32,000 bases of DNA, from the NCBI RefSeq assembly GCF_000039765.1, contig NC_004459.3, positions 1,800,001-1,832,000 of the forward strand, read 5' to 3'. How positions within the stretch are numbered: position 1 is the first letter of the stretch; each line of letters opens with the position of its first letter. Positions 1 through 8,122 of the stretch are shown one piece after another. The DNA comes from Vibrio vulnificus CMCP6 (GTDB taxonomy: Bacteria > Pseudomonadota > Gammaproteobacteria > Enterobacterales > Vibrionaceae). A program made the translations under genes and the position numbers. Below the pieces are notes generated by a model that was not told the origin of the DNA, did no database searches, and saw nothing but the letters and a program-made list of their open reading frames with translations.

Positions 1-303
1 TTACCTATGGCCTCTGTGGCGGGCGATCGCACAATTTTCCCAATGGGGACACCGATCTTGGCGGAAGTGCCTTTGCTGAATGCGGACGGTACTTGGAGTG
101 GTGCGCATCAACTGCGTTTGTTGATCGTGCTCGATACCGGTGGCGCGGTAAAACAGAATCATCTCGACCTCTACCACGGAATGGGCCCACGAGCGGGCAC
201 CGAAGCGGGCCATTACAAACACTTTGGCCGCGTGTGGAAATTGGGCTTGGAAAACTCTCCAACGCAAGCGCCTTGGGCTTTGCCACCAGAAAAGCTACAA
301 TAG
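1..303 (+). CDS. mltA: Membrane-bound lytic murein transglycosylase A, C-terminal fragment (gene starts upstream of window)
   Basis: Frame 1 open from base 1 to the TAG at 301-303. Protein ...LRLLIVLDTGGAVKQNHLDLYHGMGPRAGTEAGHYKHFGRVWKL matches the 3D-domain pattern (DTGGAIK...D.Y.G.GPRAG..AGH.K) of MltA. Precedes tcdA. Confidence 0.85.
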   Translation, partial: LPMASVAGDRTIFPMGTPILAEVPLLNADGTWSGAHQLRLLIVLDTGGAVKQNHLDLYHGMGPRAGTEAGHYKHFGRVWKLGLENSPTQAPWALPPEKLQ

Positions 304-384
304 CGTTTCTCTATCTGGACATTTTGTTGAAGAGTGCGTATAAATCGCACTCTTTGTTTTTCTGGCGACTTTGGAATCATCACT

Positions 385-1194
385 ATGCGCGAACTTGATA
401 CTCCTGCTTCTGATAGCTACAACCAACGTTTTGGTGGTACGCGCCGTCTATACGGCAACAGCGAAGTCGAGATTCTTCGTGCAGCCCATGTCTGTGTGAT
501 TGGTATTGGAGGTGTTGGCTCTTGGGCGGTAGAAGCCCTTGCCCGCACAGGTATCGGCGAACTGACGCTCATCGATATGGATGACGTGTGTGTGACCAAT
601 ATTAACCGTCAAATTCATGCGATGACGGGAACAGTCGGCCAAAGCAAGATTGAAGTGATGGCAGAGCGCGTCAAACTCATTAATCCTGAGTGTAAAGTGA
701 ATCTGATTGACGATTTCATCACACCTGACAATCAACACGAATACCTCAGCAAAGAGTTTGATTATGTACTAGATGCTATTGACAGCGTCAAAGCGAAAGC
801 TTCTTTGCTGGCTTATTGTCGCAGTAACAAAATCAAAGTGATTACCGTTGGTGGTGCAGGGGGCCAAGTGGACCCGACACAAATCCAAGTGACGGATTTG
901 ACCAAAACAATCCAAGATCCACTGGCGAAGAAGATCAAGGATACCTTGCGTCGCCATCATAACTTTCCAAAAAATCCCGCACGAAAGTTTGGCATTGACT
1001 GTGTCTTTTCCACTGAGCAGCTAAAATACCCGCAAGCGGATGGTTCCGTTTGTAACGTAAAATCAACGGCAGAAGGTCCAAAACGCATGGATTGTGCCAG
1101 CGGTTTTGGTGCCGCGACGGTAGTGACCGCGACCTTTGGTTTTGTCGCGGTGGCGCGTATCGTTGAAAAGCTGATCCAAAAGCATAAAAACTAA
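385..1194 (+). CDS. tcdA: tRNA threonylcarbamoyladenosine dehydratase (E1-like, TcdA/CsdL)
   Basis: MRELDTPASDSYNQRFGGTRRLYG...VIGIGGVGSWAVEALARTGIGELTLIDMDDVCVTNINRQIHAM: nucleotide-binding ThiF/E1-like fold. The internal ATG at 385 is preferred over the track start at 334. Confidence 0.93.
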   Translation: MRELDTPASDSYNQRFGGTRRLYGNSEVEILRAAHVCVIGIGGVGSWAVEALARTGIGELTLIDMDDVCVTNINRQIHAMTGTVGQSKIEVMAERVKLINPECKVNLIDDFITPDNQHEYLSKEFDYVLDAIDSVKAKASLLAYCRSNKIKVITVGGAGGQVDPTQIQVTDLTKTIQDPLAKKIKDTLRRHHNFPKNPARKFGIDCVFSTEQLKYPQADGSVCNVKSTAEGPKRMDCASGFGAATVVTATFGFVAVARIVEKLIQKHKN

Positions 1195-1274
1195 CTGCCT
1201 CTAATACCAAGCGGCTTTCTGACGCCGCTTTATGTCATCATCACCTTTAATCCTTATTGTGTAGGAGCCTAGCC

Positions 1275-1703
1275 ATGTCGAATTTGCCAGCCTCGCCATT
1301 TGGTAACGAGATTACCAGTGCGGACATCGTCGCAACCATGCAGCAATTCAAAGGTTGGGAAGACCGCTATCGCCAGGTGATTCAATGGGGTAAAAAATTG
1401 CCAGTGATGCCTGATGAATTGAAATCTGAGCAGGTTATGGTTGCAGGTTGCGAAAGCCAAGTTTGGTTAGTGGCAGAACAAGACGACGGAATGTGGACAT
1501 TTTGTGCCGACTCAGACGCGAGAATCGTTCGTGGTTTAATTGCTTTAGTCTTAGCTGCCTACAACGGTAAAACGGCAGAGCAGATCCAAGCCTTTGATAT
1601 TGAAGCCTACTTTGAGCAGTTAGGCTTAATTGCCCACTTGAGTCCGTCACGCGGCAATGGCCTTAAAGCGATTGTTGAGCAGATTAAAAATATCGCGAGC
1701 TAG
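1275..1703 (+). CDS. csdE: Cysteine desulfurase sulfur acceptor subunit CsdE (SufE family)
   Basis: SufE-like protein with ...GWEDRYRQVIQWGKKLP...VAGCESQVWLVAEQ...; C61-type acceptor motif 'VAGCESQVW'. ATG at 1275 with upstream AGGAG. Confidence 0.92.
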   Translation: MSNLPASPFGNEITSADIVATMQQFKGWEDRYRQVIQWGKKLPVMPDELKSEQVMVAGCESQVWLVAEQDDGMWTFCADSDARIVRGLIALVLAAYNGKTAEQIQAFDIEAYFEQLGLIAHLSPSRGNGLKAIVEQIKNIAS

Positions 1704-1843
1704 TTTAAGTTGTTGAAGGCGTAGCGAGCATCTATGTCGGTTTTCGCACGCCTGAACTGCTCTGACAATTCTGATTTTCCCCTCATTTTCTATCTCTATT
1801 CGTTCTCATCACTTTCGCTTTTGTGACGGCTTTCATTTGGCCT

Positions 1844-1869
1844 GTCATTCCCGCCTGCGCGGGAATGAC
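1844..1869. repeat. Perfect palindromic element GTCATTCCCGC-CTGC-GCGGGAATGAC
   Basis: 11-bp perfect inverted arms (1844-1854 / 1859-1869) with a 4-nt loop. Resembles the dispersed GTCATTCCCGC palindromes seen between genes in many proteobacteria. Confidence 0.7.
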
Positions 1870-1914
1870 GGATATAGAAAATGGCGAAATTTCTTACAGC
1901 CCTCACTTTTGCTC

Positions 1915-1939
1915 GTCATCCTCGCGAACGCGGGGACCC
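1915..1939. repeat. Second, imperfect related palindrome (GTCATCCTCGCG-AA-CGCGGGGACCC)
   Basis: CCTCGCG/CGCGGGG arms with the same 'GTCATcC.CGCG' consensus as the element at 1844. Confidence 0.45.
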
Positions 1940-2339
1940 ATTTGTAAAAATATATCCACCGCTTTCTCTAACATAACAATCAAATTCTCTACGTATTCCA
2001 TGGTGTTATAAATATTATAAATTGCAATAGTGATATTCTTATATGCTTATTTAATGGTGCGAAGTAAGATTTTAATAGTATTTTAAATAGATTAAAAAAT
2101 CTAATTTTTTAATTGCATTTAAATTAGATGATGCTTTTTAAGCTTTTTCTGTTATAGGTTTTTCCTATTGAATAAATAGATAAGTTTAATTTAATTGAAT
2201 TGATTTTTTGGTCAACAATTGCGCGGTTAGATTTTTATCAATACACGATCTGGTCTGATGACACTTTTTGCTGTTTTGTTGATACTAGATGACGTGTTTT
2301 AAATCTTAATTATGAGATTATATAAAAGAAAGTTATTTA

Positions 2340-3965
2340 ATGGTTGATTTTATGAAAAATATAAAAACTAAACTGCTTGCTGTGCCTGCTATTTTTGTTT
2401 TAATTCTTTTAGTACTTTTTTTATTACAAGGAACTCTATTTAAAAATGTTAGAAATGCACTTGATGATATAGTCGTTGAGGTAAATACATTAGATAAAAT
2501 AAAAAAAATATCAGACTTGTACGCTGTCAATATCGTCGACTCATTTAATAAAAGAGTGGTGGGGATGATTGATCAAAAAGAACTCCTAAATAATATTGAA
2601 GTGGCACTTTATCAATCTTCTAAAATTATAGATGATATAAAGTCTGGTAATTTAGATGAAAAAGAATCATTACATATTAAAGAATATGAGGCTCTAACGG
2701 ATAAAGCAAGGTTGATTATAGAAAAGTATAGCTTAGATTATGATTTATACTCTGATAAGAATAAAATGATTAGTGATGTTTATAATGTAATAGAACCTCT
2801 ATCTAATGATCTAGAGAAGTTAATAAATATTCAAATAAAAACTGTATCTGTTATTGATGAAAGAGAAATGGAAAACATAAACAGCTTTGAATTTGTTTTT
2901 CTGATTGTGATAATATCTAGTGCAATATCTGTGTCTATTTTGTCGTACTTACTTACATCGAAAGAATTGAAGAACTTACCTATTATTGTTAGTTATATAA
3001 AATCACTTTCTACTGGGGATTTTAATAAAAGCATATCTGTAAAAGATAAAAAATCAAACAATGAGTTGGATTACATTGTTGATTCAATAGATAATTTGTA
3101 CTTGAGTCTTTGTCAAATCGCATCTAAGTCTGGGGAGTTGTCTCATGAATTAAGTGGATTTCAGGAAGATATATCTAAAGTGATTCAAGATAGTATGAAA
3201 AATGCGGAAGAAGAGTTCAGAGATATTGAACAAGTGGCTGCAGCAGCGAATGAATTATCAAGTACTGCCTCAGAAGTAGCACAGAGTGCTTTTAATGCAG
3301 AGAATTCTACTAAATCCAGTTTGGCCGTCGTAGAAAATAGCTCATTAATCTTATCTAAATATGCTTCTATCACTGAGGTGATCACCGGTTCATTTAAGGA
3401 AACAAGTCAAATAGTTAATGAACTGAGAAACCACTCTGAAAAAATTAGCACAGTGGTTGATGTTATAAATAATATATCTGAGCAGACAAATTTGTTGGCG
3501 TTAAATGCTGCAATTGAAGCAGCTAGGGCTGGAGAGCAAGGAAGGGGATTCGCTGTTGTTGCTGATGAAGTGCGTTCCTTAGCTGCAAAAACACAACAAT
3601 CAACAGTGGATATTCAGGCAATTATATCTAATTTGCAAACACAATCTAAGAATGCAGATGATCATATGCTAAAAAATGCACAAATGATGGATGAATCAAG
3701 AGAAATTGCTGAAGAGTTAAAAGTTGCATTTGAAGATATTTCTCAAAAAGTTAAAGAAATATCGGATATGAATACAATTGTTGCAACTGCTTCAGAAGAG
3801 CAGTCTTCTGTTACAGTTGAAATTTCTCAGAGAATAGATGGCATTAATTCCACTGTTAACTCAAACCTAAAGAATCTCGCAAGAACAGGGGATATAAATA
3901 GTAATATTTCTGATGTTACTAAAGAGCTAGATAGAGTTTTAAGATTTTTTAAGTTGAGTGCTTAA
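2340..3965 (+). CDS. Methyl-accepting chemotaxis protein (membrane-anchored, periplasmic sensor domain)
   Basis: N-terminal TM ([18 protein letters not shown]), about 150-aa sensor region, second TM ([23 protein letters not shown]), then the canonical hairpin tip [35 protein letters not shown]. Alternative start ATG at 2352 (MKNIKTKLL). Confidence 0.93.
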   Translation: MVDFMKNIKTKLLAVPAIFVLILLVLFLLQGTLFKNVRNALDDIVVEVNTLDKIKKISDLYAVNIVDSFNKRVVGMIDQKELLNNIEVALYQSSKIIDDIKSGNLDEKESLHIKEYEALTDKARLIIEKYSLDYDLYSDKNKMISDVYNVIEPLSNDLEKLINIQIKTVSVIDEREMENINSFEFVFLIVIISSAISVSILSYLLTSKELKNLPIIVSYIKSLSTGDFNKSISVKDKKSNNELDYIVDSIDNLYLSLCQIASKSGELSHELSGFQEDISKVIQDSMKNAEEEFRDIEQVAAAANELSSTASEVAQSAFNAENSTKSSLAVVENSSLILSKYASITEVITGSFKETSQIVNELRNHSEKISTVVDVINNISEQTNLLALNAAIEAARAGEQGRGFAVVADEVRSLAAKTQQSTVDIQAIISNLQTQSKNADDHMLKNAQMMDESREIAEELKVAFEDISQKVKEISDMNTIVATASEEQSSVTVEISQRIDGINSTVNSNLKNLARTGDINSNISDVTKELDRVLRFFKLSA

Positions 3966-3967
3966 TT

Positions 3968-4228
3968 ATGATTGATAATGTTTATTACAGAGTTATTTCA
4001 GAATCTTTGTGTGAAGAGATTATAAGTTATCTAGATAAAGAAAAGAAATTGGCATTAGGATTTATAGATAGAATAAATAATCCTAAAGATGTAGAAAAAA
4101 TAGTACTAGATCAAATTCAGCTTATAGAGTCTATTACTTTGGATTCTATAGTTCTATCCGATGAAAAAAGAGAGAAGTTAGAGAACAAAAAAAGGGAGTT
4201 TATCAGTGTATTGATTGGAAAGTTATAG
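3968..4228 (+). CDS. Small hypothetical protein (86 aa), probably co-transcribed with the MCP
   Basis: ATG two bases after the MCP stop; soluble, charged, probably helical (MIDNVYYRVISESLCEEIISYLDKEKKLALGFIDRIN...). Short gap and same strand suggest translational coupling. No family recognised. Confidence 0.6.
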   Translation: MIDNVYYRVISESLCEEIISYLDKEKKLALGFIDRINNPKDVEKIVLDQIQLIESITLDSIVLSDEKREKLENKKREFISVLIGKL

Positions 4229-4238
4229 AAGGTTATTT

Positions 4239-5045
4239 ATGAGCTCAGAACTATATACATTAGAAATAAAAAACAAATCTAAAGAAAAACTGATCAAGTA
4301 CTATAGTGATTACCCAAGCATCTTTTGGGTTAGGAAAGGTGAAAAGGTAATCTATAGAGATTTTACAAAAGATATTTTACCTCAATCCAGTGTTATGGTT
4401 TTGCCATCAAATAAATCACATTTTTTTAAGTTAACTTCTTCGTTTGGTGAGCATGAATCTCTAATTGTTAAATTTAACTACCATCCTGGATTTGATTTGA
4501 TTTCTAATAGTGAAAAATCAAATTATGGTAACCGAGATTTTATCTATGTTGATGATTCGATATTAAGTACTTTAGAGTTTCTTGTTAGAGTAAAACGGAC
4601 TAATGGGAGTGTAAAAACACAAAAAAATGCCATTAATGCATTTTATAGCGAACTTTCAGATTGCGGTTTATTACATAAATTATTTCCTCATAAAAGCGAA
4701 AAGTATAGTGAACGTTTGCATCGTTTCTTTGAATCAGATCCTCAAGGTAAACACTATATTAATGATACTTGTAATTCATTAGGGATTAGTAGAGCAACAT
4801 TAATAAGAAAGTTAAAGCTTGAGAATACGAAATATAGAGATGTATTGTCTTCATTTCGAATAAACAAAGCTATAGATATGATGAAAAGCGGTGACTTTAG
4901 TCTGTTGGATATTGCATTCTCATCTGGATTTCAGTCTTACGATACATTCAAGAAACACTTTTCAAATAAGATGGATGTTACACCTTTGGATTATTATAAG
5001 TACATAAGAAATGGTGAAAACTACCATAGAGGAGAAAAATTATGA
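4239..5045 (+). CDS. AraC-family transcriptional regulator
   Basis: C-terminal double HTH: YINDTCNSLGISRATLIRKLKLENTKYRDVLSSFRINKAIDMMKSGDFSLLDIAFSSGFQSYDTFKKHFSNKMDVTPLDYYKY. ATG at 4239 with AAGG Shine-Dalgarno; the track start at 4215 overlaps the previous ORF. Confidence 0.9.
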   Translation: MSSELYTLEIKNKSKEKLIKYYSDYPSIFWVRKGEKVIYRDFTKDILPQSSVMVLPSNKSHFFKLTSSFGEHESLIVKFNYHPGFDLISNSEKSNYGNRDFIYVDDSILSTLEFLVRVKRTNGSVKTQKNAINAFYSELSDCGLLHKLFPHKSEKYSERLHRFFESDPQGKHYINDTCNSLGISRATLIRKLKLENTKYRDVLSSFRINKAIDMMKSGDFSLLDIAFSSGFQSYDTFKKHFSNKMDVTPLDYYKYIRNGENYHRGEKL

Positions 5046-5257
5046 GTCTGAGTCGTGTAGATGAAACGTTTATTGCATCCAACGTTGTATCGGTGGAGGA
5101 CTTTTTAAAAACACCAGTATCCTTAGGAAAGTCTATTCACTGTACATGCCCAATTTTTACCTTGGATAATTACATTAGAAGACGATTAATTGAAATGGAT
5201 ATTCAAGTGCTCTCATTTTCTGATGGAAAGATACTTTACCCTCCCAATTTTTCATAA
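5042..5257 (+). CDS. Small hypothetical protein (71 aa), ATGA overlap with the AraC gene
   Basis: ATG at 5042 overlaps the AraC stop TGA at 5043-5045 (ATGA), suggesting coupling. MSLSRVDETFIASNVVSVEDFLKTPVSLGKSIHCTCPIFTLDNYIRRRLIEMDIQVLSFSDGKILYPPNFS. No family recognised. Confidence 0.55.
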   Translation: MSLSRVDETFIASNVVSVEDFLKTPVSLGKSIHCTCPIFTLDNYIRRRLIEMDIQVLSFSDGKILYPPNFS

Positions 5258-5278
5258 GAGAAACATTGGTACCAGCTT

Positions 5279-5316
5279 AAAGAAGGATAATCAATATTTA
5301 TTGATTATCCTTCTTT
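5279..5316. terminator. Bidirectional intrinsic terminator between the 71-aa ORF and csdA
   Basis: AAAGAAGGATAATCAA-TATTTA-TTGATTATCCTTCTTT: 16-bp perfect arms and 6-nt loop at the convergent junction. Confidence 0.85.
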
Positions 5317-5317
5317 C

Positions 5318-6529
5318 TTATAGTATCGATATTGCCGTTGTTAACGCTGAAATCAATTTCTCGACGTCTTGCATAGTGTTGTAAATGGCGAAAGAGACTC
5401 GGACGGTGCCTTTGACACCTAACGCATCCATGAGCGGATGAGCACAGTGATGGCCTGCTCGCACGGCGATACCTTGCTGATCGAGCAGCGTTGCAATGTC
5501 TTGATGGTGAACGCCATCCATGACAAAAGTAATCACCGATGCATTGTTTTGATATCCGATCACACGGATATCCTCCATCTCGCGCAGTGCACGGTATGTT
5601 GCTGATTGCAATTGGTGCAGGTGAGATTCCACTTCGTCTCGAGCAAAGCCTTGATACCACTCTATTGCCTTAGCAAGCGCAATGGCACCAGCGACATTGG
5701 GTGTTCCAGCTTCGAATTTCCCTGGCAGAGCCGAAAAGGTGGTTTTCTCAAACGACACTTTTTCCACCATCTTACCGCCTCCATGCCATGGCGGCATGGC
5801 TTCGAGCAGCGCCAGTTTGCCGTAAAGCACGCCAATTCCTGCCGGCGCATAGAGCTTGTGGCCGGAGAACACATAGAAATCGGCGTCCAGTGTGCGCATG
5901 TCGACAGGTTCGTGAACGATGCCTTGAGCGCCATCCACCACCACAATGGCACCGTGTTGATGGGCCAACTCGATGATGGACTCGATGGGTTGACGAGTGG
6001 CCGTGACGTTGGTGGTTTGAGCGACCGCAACAATCTTAACTCGCTCATTCATCAATGTTTTAAACGATTCGATGTCCAGTTGACAGTCGGCGGTCATGGG
6101 GATTTTGACCACTTTGGCGCCCGTCTGCTCTGCTACCATTTGCCAAGGTACAATATTGGCGTGATGCTCCATTTCGCTGACGAGAATTTCATCGCCAACT
6201 TGAAGGGTACTTCGGGCGTAAGTTTGAGCAATCAAATTGAGCGCTTCGGTTGCGCCACGTGTCCAAATAATCTCTTTACTGCTTTGTGCGCCAATAAAAT
6301 GAGCGACGCAGTCGCGTGCGGCTTCAAATTGACTGGTCGCACTGGCGGTCAAGCTATGGCTGCCACGGTGAACGTTCGCATTTTGGCTGCTGTAATACTG
6401 GGTGATTGCGTCAATCACACACTGCGGCTTTTGTGTTGTCGCGGCACTATCTAGATAAACCAGTTCGTTTTGATTGACTTGTTGCGCCAAGGCGGGAAAT
6501 TGTTGGCGAATGGCTTGAACGTCAAACAT
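5318..6529 (-). CDS. csdA: Cysteine desulfurase CsdA (PLP-dependent, class V aminotransferase fold)
   Basis: MFDVQAIRQQFPALAQQVNQNELVYLDSAATTQKPQCV...SGHKLYAPAGIGVLYG...GIAVRAGHHCAHPLM: PLP-lysine region (SGHK) and catalytic Cys loop (RAGHHCAHP). Confidence 0.93.
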   Translation of the reverse strand: MFDVQAIRQQFPALAQQVNQNELVYLDSAATTQKPQCVIDAITQYYSSQNANVHRGSHSLTASATSQFEAARDCVAHFIGAQSSKEIIWTRGATEALNLIAQTYARSTLQVGDEILVSEMEHHANIVPWQMVAEQTGAKVVKIPMTADCQLDIESFKTLMNERVKIVAVAQTTNVTATRQPIESIIELAHQHGAIVVVDGAQGIVHEPVDMRTLDADFYVFSGHKLYAPAGIGVLYGKLALLEAMPPWHGGGKMVEKVSFEKTTFSALPGKFEAGTPNVAGAIALAKAIEWYQGFARDEVESHLHQLQSATYRALREMEDIRVIGYQNNASVITFVMDGVHHQDIATLLDQQGIAVRAGHHCAHPLMDALGVKGTVRVSFAIYNTMQDVEKLISALTTAISIL

Positions 6530-7128
6530 TACTCTTCACCCAGTTTGTGGTAGTTGAGTACCGGTACCGTCACCATAGGCTCTGCTACTTGGCGCGCGTG
6601 CTGTTTGCCAGAAAGTAAAATAATAATTTCCATGGCAAATTCCAGCGCGGTGCCTGGCCCTTGGCTGGTAAGGAGATTGTGGTTCACATCGTAAGTAACG
6701 CGCTTAGGACGCCAGTTTTGCTCGCCGATATGAGACATAAAGTTTGGATGGCAAGTCATGATGGCTTTAGGGTAGAGATTGTGATGTTGCAAAACCAGTG
6801 CAGGGGCGGCGCAAATGGCAGCGACCAGTTTCCCTTCATACATATGCTGTTTTAACATCTCAATCAGAATTGGGCTATCGCGGAAGGTTTCTGCCCCCGC
6901 GACACCACCAGATAGTACAATGACGTCGAACTGTTCGTCGGCCACATCCACCAAACGACATTGTGCGCCGAGGATAACGCCACGAGAGGCTGTTAGGGTC
7001 AGCTTACCATCAAAATCGGCACTGGCTACCGTAACGTCGTAGCCAGCACGAGCCATCATATCGATGACCGTCACCGCTTCCATTTCCTCGGTACCGCAAG
7101 CAATAGGCACTAAGATTTTTTTATTCAT
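6529..7128 (-). CDS. yajL: DJ-1/PfpI family protein YajL (ThiJ-like)
   Basis: MNKKILVPIACGTEEMEAVTVIDMMARAGYDVTVAS...KLVAAICAAPALVLQHHNL: DJ-1 nucleophile-elbow Cys (AAICAAPALVL). Shares one base with csdA. Confidence 0.92.
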   Translation of the reverse strand: MNKKILVPIACGTEEMEAVTVIDMMARAGYDVTVASADFDGKLTLTASRGVILGAQCRLVDVADEQFDVIVLSGGVAGAETFRDSPILIEMLKQHMYEGKLVAAICAAPALVLQHHNLYPKAIMTCHPNFMSHIGEQNWRPKRVTYDVNHNLLTSQGPGTALEFAMEIIILLSGKQHARQVAEPMVTVPVLNYHKLGEE

Positions 7129-8018
7129 TGTTCTGTCCAGCTTTGTTCAATCTGTTTGATGTGTTGATAAAGTTTAGCGTTTTCCGCTGCATCAATCTGG
7201 TGTTTATGCGCTGCTTGCAACAAATATCCAGTGATATAGTCGATTTCAGTGCGGCGTTGATGGAAAACATCTTGTCGCATCGAGGAGTAGTTTTCCGCTG
7301 TTGCATGAATCACGTTCATGATCGTTTGCTGCAAGGTATCGAAAGTAACCTCGATCCCTTCTTTGACCATAACGTCAACCAACTCTTGAGTGATGCGCTC
7401 AAGCCGTTGATGAAATCTCTCATCGGCCAACTCGCCATTTTTACATTGATGAATTGCTGTTAATGGGTTGATTGCGCAGTTGATGGCCAGTTTGGTCCAA
7501 AGCGCCTGTTGGATATTGGGATTCCATGTGACAGACGGTAAGGCGTGATCGAGCACCACTTGAAGGAACTCGCATTGTGCACCTTGTGTATTAAAGCCCC
7601 CCAACTGTGTGATGCCTTGCCCAGTGTGCAAGACCTGCTGCGAATGAGGCTTATACGCGCCATGTGTGGTGGTTGCGACAACGATTGGGTTGTGCGTGAG
7701 CTGTTCTTCAACCTGAGATGCGGTTCCCATGCCGTTGTGCATCAGCAGGATGATGGTATCTGAGTGGATGTGTGGCAATAAAGGCTCAATCGCCGCCATC
7801 ACCTGCCATGCTTTCACTGTGACCAAAATGAGGTCAGCACTTTGCAAAGAGGGTAGGTGACGATGTTTAAACGTCATGGCTGATGAATCATCTAGTTGCA
7901 AGGGTTGCTCAGATGCATCGCCTCTTCCCCACAATGCGACATTGTGCCCTGCGAGTTTGAGTTTTGTCGCCCAAAGTGAGCCAACAGCTCCCGGGCCTAA
8001 AATGAGGATATTCACCAA
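7125..8018 (-). CDS. panE: 2-dehydropantoate 2-reductase (ketopantoate reductase)
   Basis: MVNILILGPGAVGSLWATKLKLAGHNVALWGR: Rossmann GxGAxG with ApbA/PanE C-terminal domain. Stop overlaps the yajL start by 4 bp. Confidence 0.88.
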   Translation of the reverse strand: MVNILILGPGAVGSLWATKLKLAGHNVALWGRGDASEQPLQLDDSSAMTFKHRHLPSLQSADLILVTVKAWQVMAAIEPLLPHIHSDTIILLMHNGMGTASQVEEQLTHNPIVVATTTHGAYKPHSQQVLHTGQGITQLGGFNTQGAQCEFLQVVLDHALPSVTWNPNIQQALWTKLAINCAINPLTAIHQCKNGELADERFHQRLERITQELVDVMVKEGIEVTFDTLQQTIMNVIHATAENYSSMRQDVFHQRRTEIDYITGYLLQAAHKHQIDAAENAKLYQHIKQIEQSWTEQ

Positions 8019-8076
8019 ACACTCTCAGTAAAAAGGTTTGCTGCAAGGATAATGAGGGAAACAAGGAAAGCAAATA

Positions 8077-8102
8077 AAAATGGCGCCAACAGGCGCCATT
8101 TT
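8077..8102. terminator. Intrinsic terminator downstream of ompK
   Basis: AAAATGGCGCC-AACA-GGCGCCATTTT: 11-bp perfect arms, A- and T-flanked. Lies just after the ompK stop on the minus strand. Confidence 0.85.
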
Positions 8103-8122
8103 TGATCTACTTAGGGGTTCAA

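Noticed and set aside
1823-2011. 62-aa plus-strand ORF (MTAFIWPVIPACAGMTDIENG...)
   Set aside because: Its VIPACAGMT and SSSRTRGP segments are translations of the palindromic GTCATTCCCGC element, so it is a repeat artefact rather than a gene.
5042-5257. Treating the AraC/71-aa pair as a toxin-antitoxin module
   Set aside because: The AraC fold is not a TA antitoxin family and the 71-aa protein has no toxin signature; only the operon structure is similar.
5190-5384. 64-aa plus-strand ORF overlapping the 71-aa ORF end, the terminator and the csdA 3' end
   Set aside because: It runs through the strong bidirectional terminator and antisense to csdA; no ribosome binding site or family.
5606-6454. 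282-aa plus-strand ORF inside csdA
   Set aside because: Antisense to the well-supported csdA; composition reflects the reverse strand of a conserved gene.
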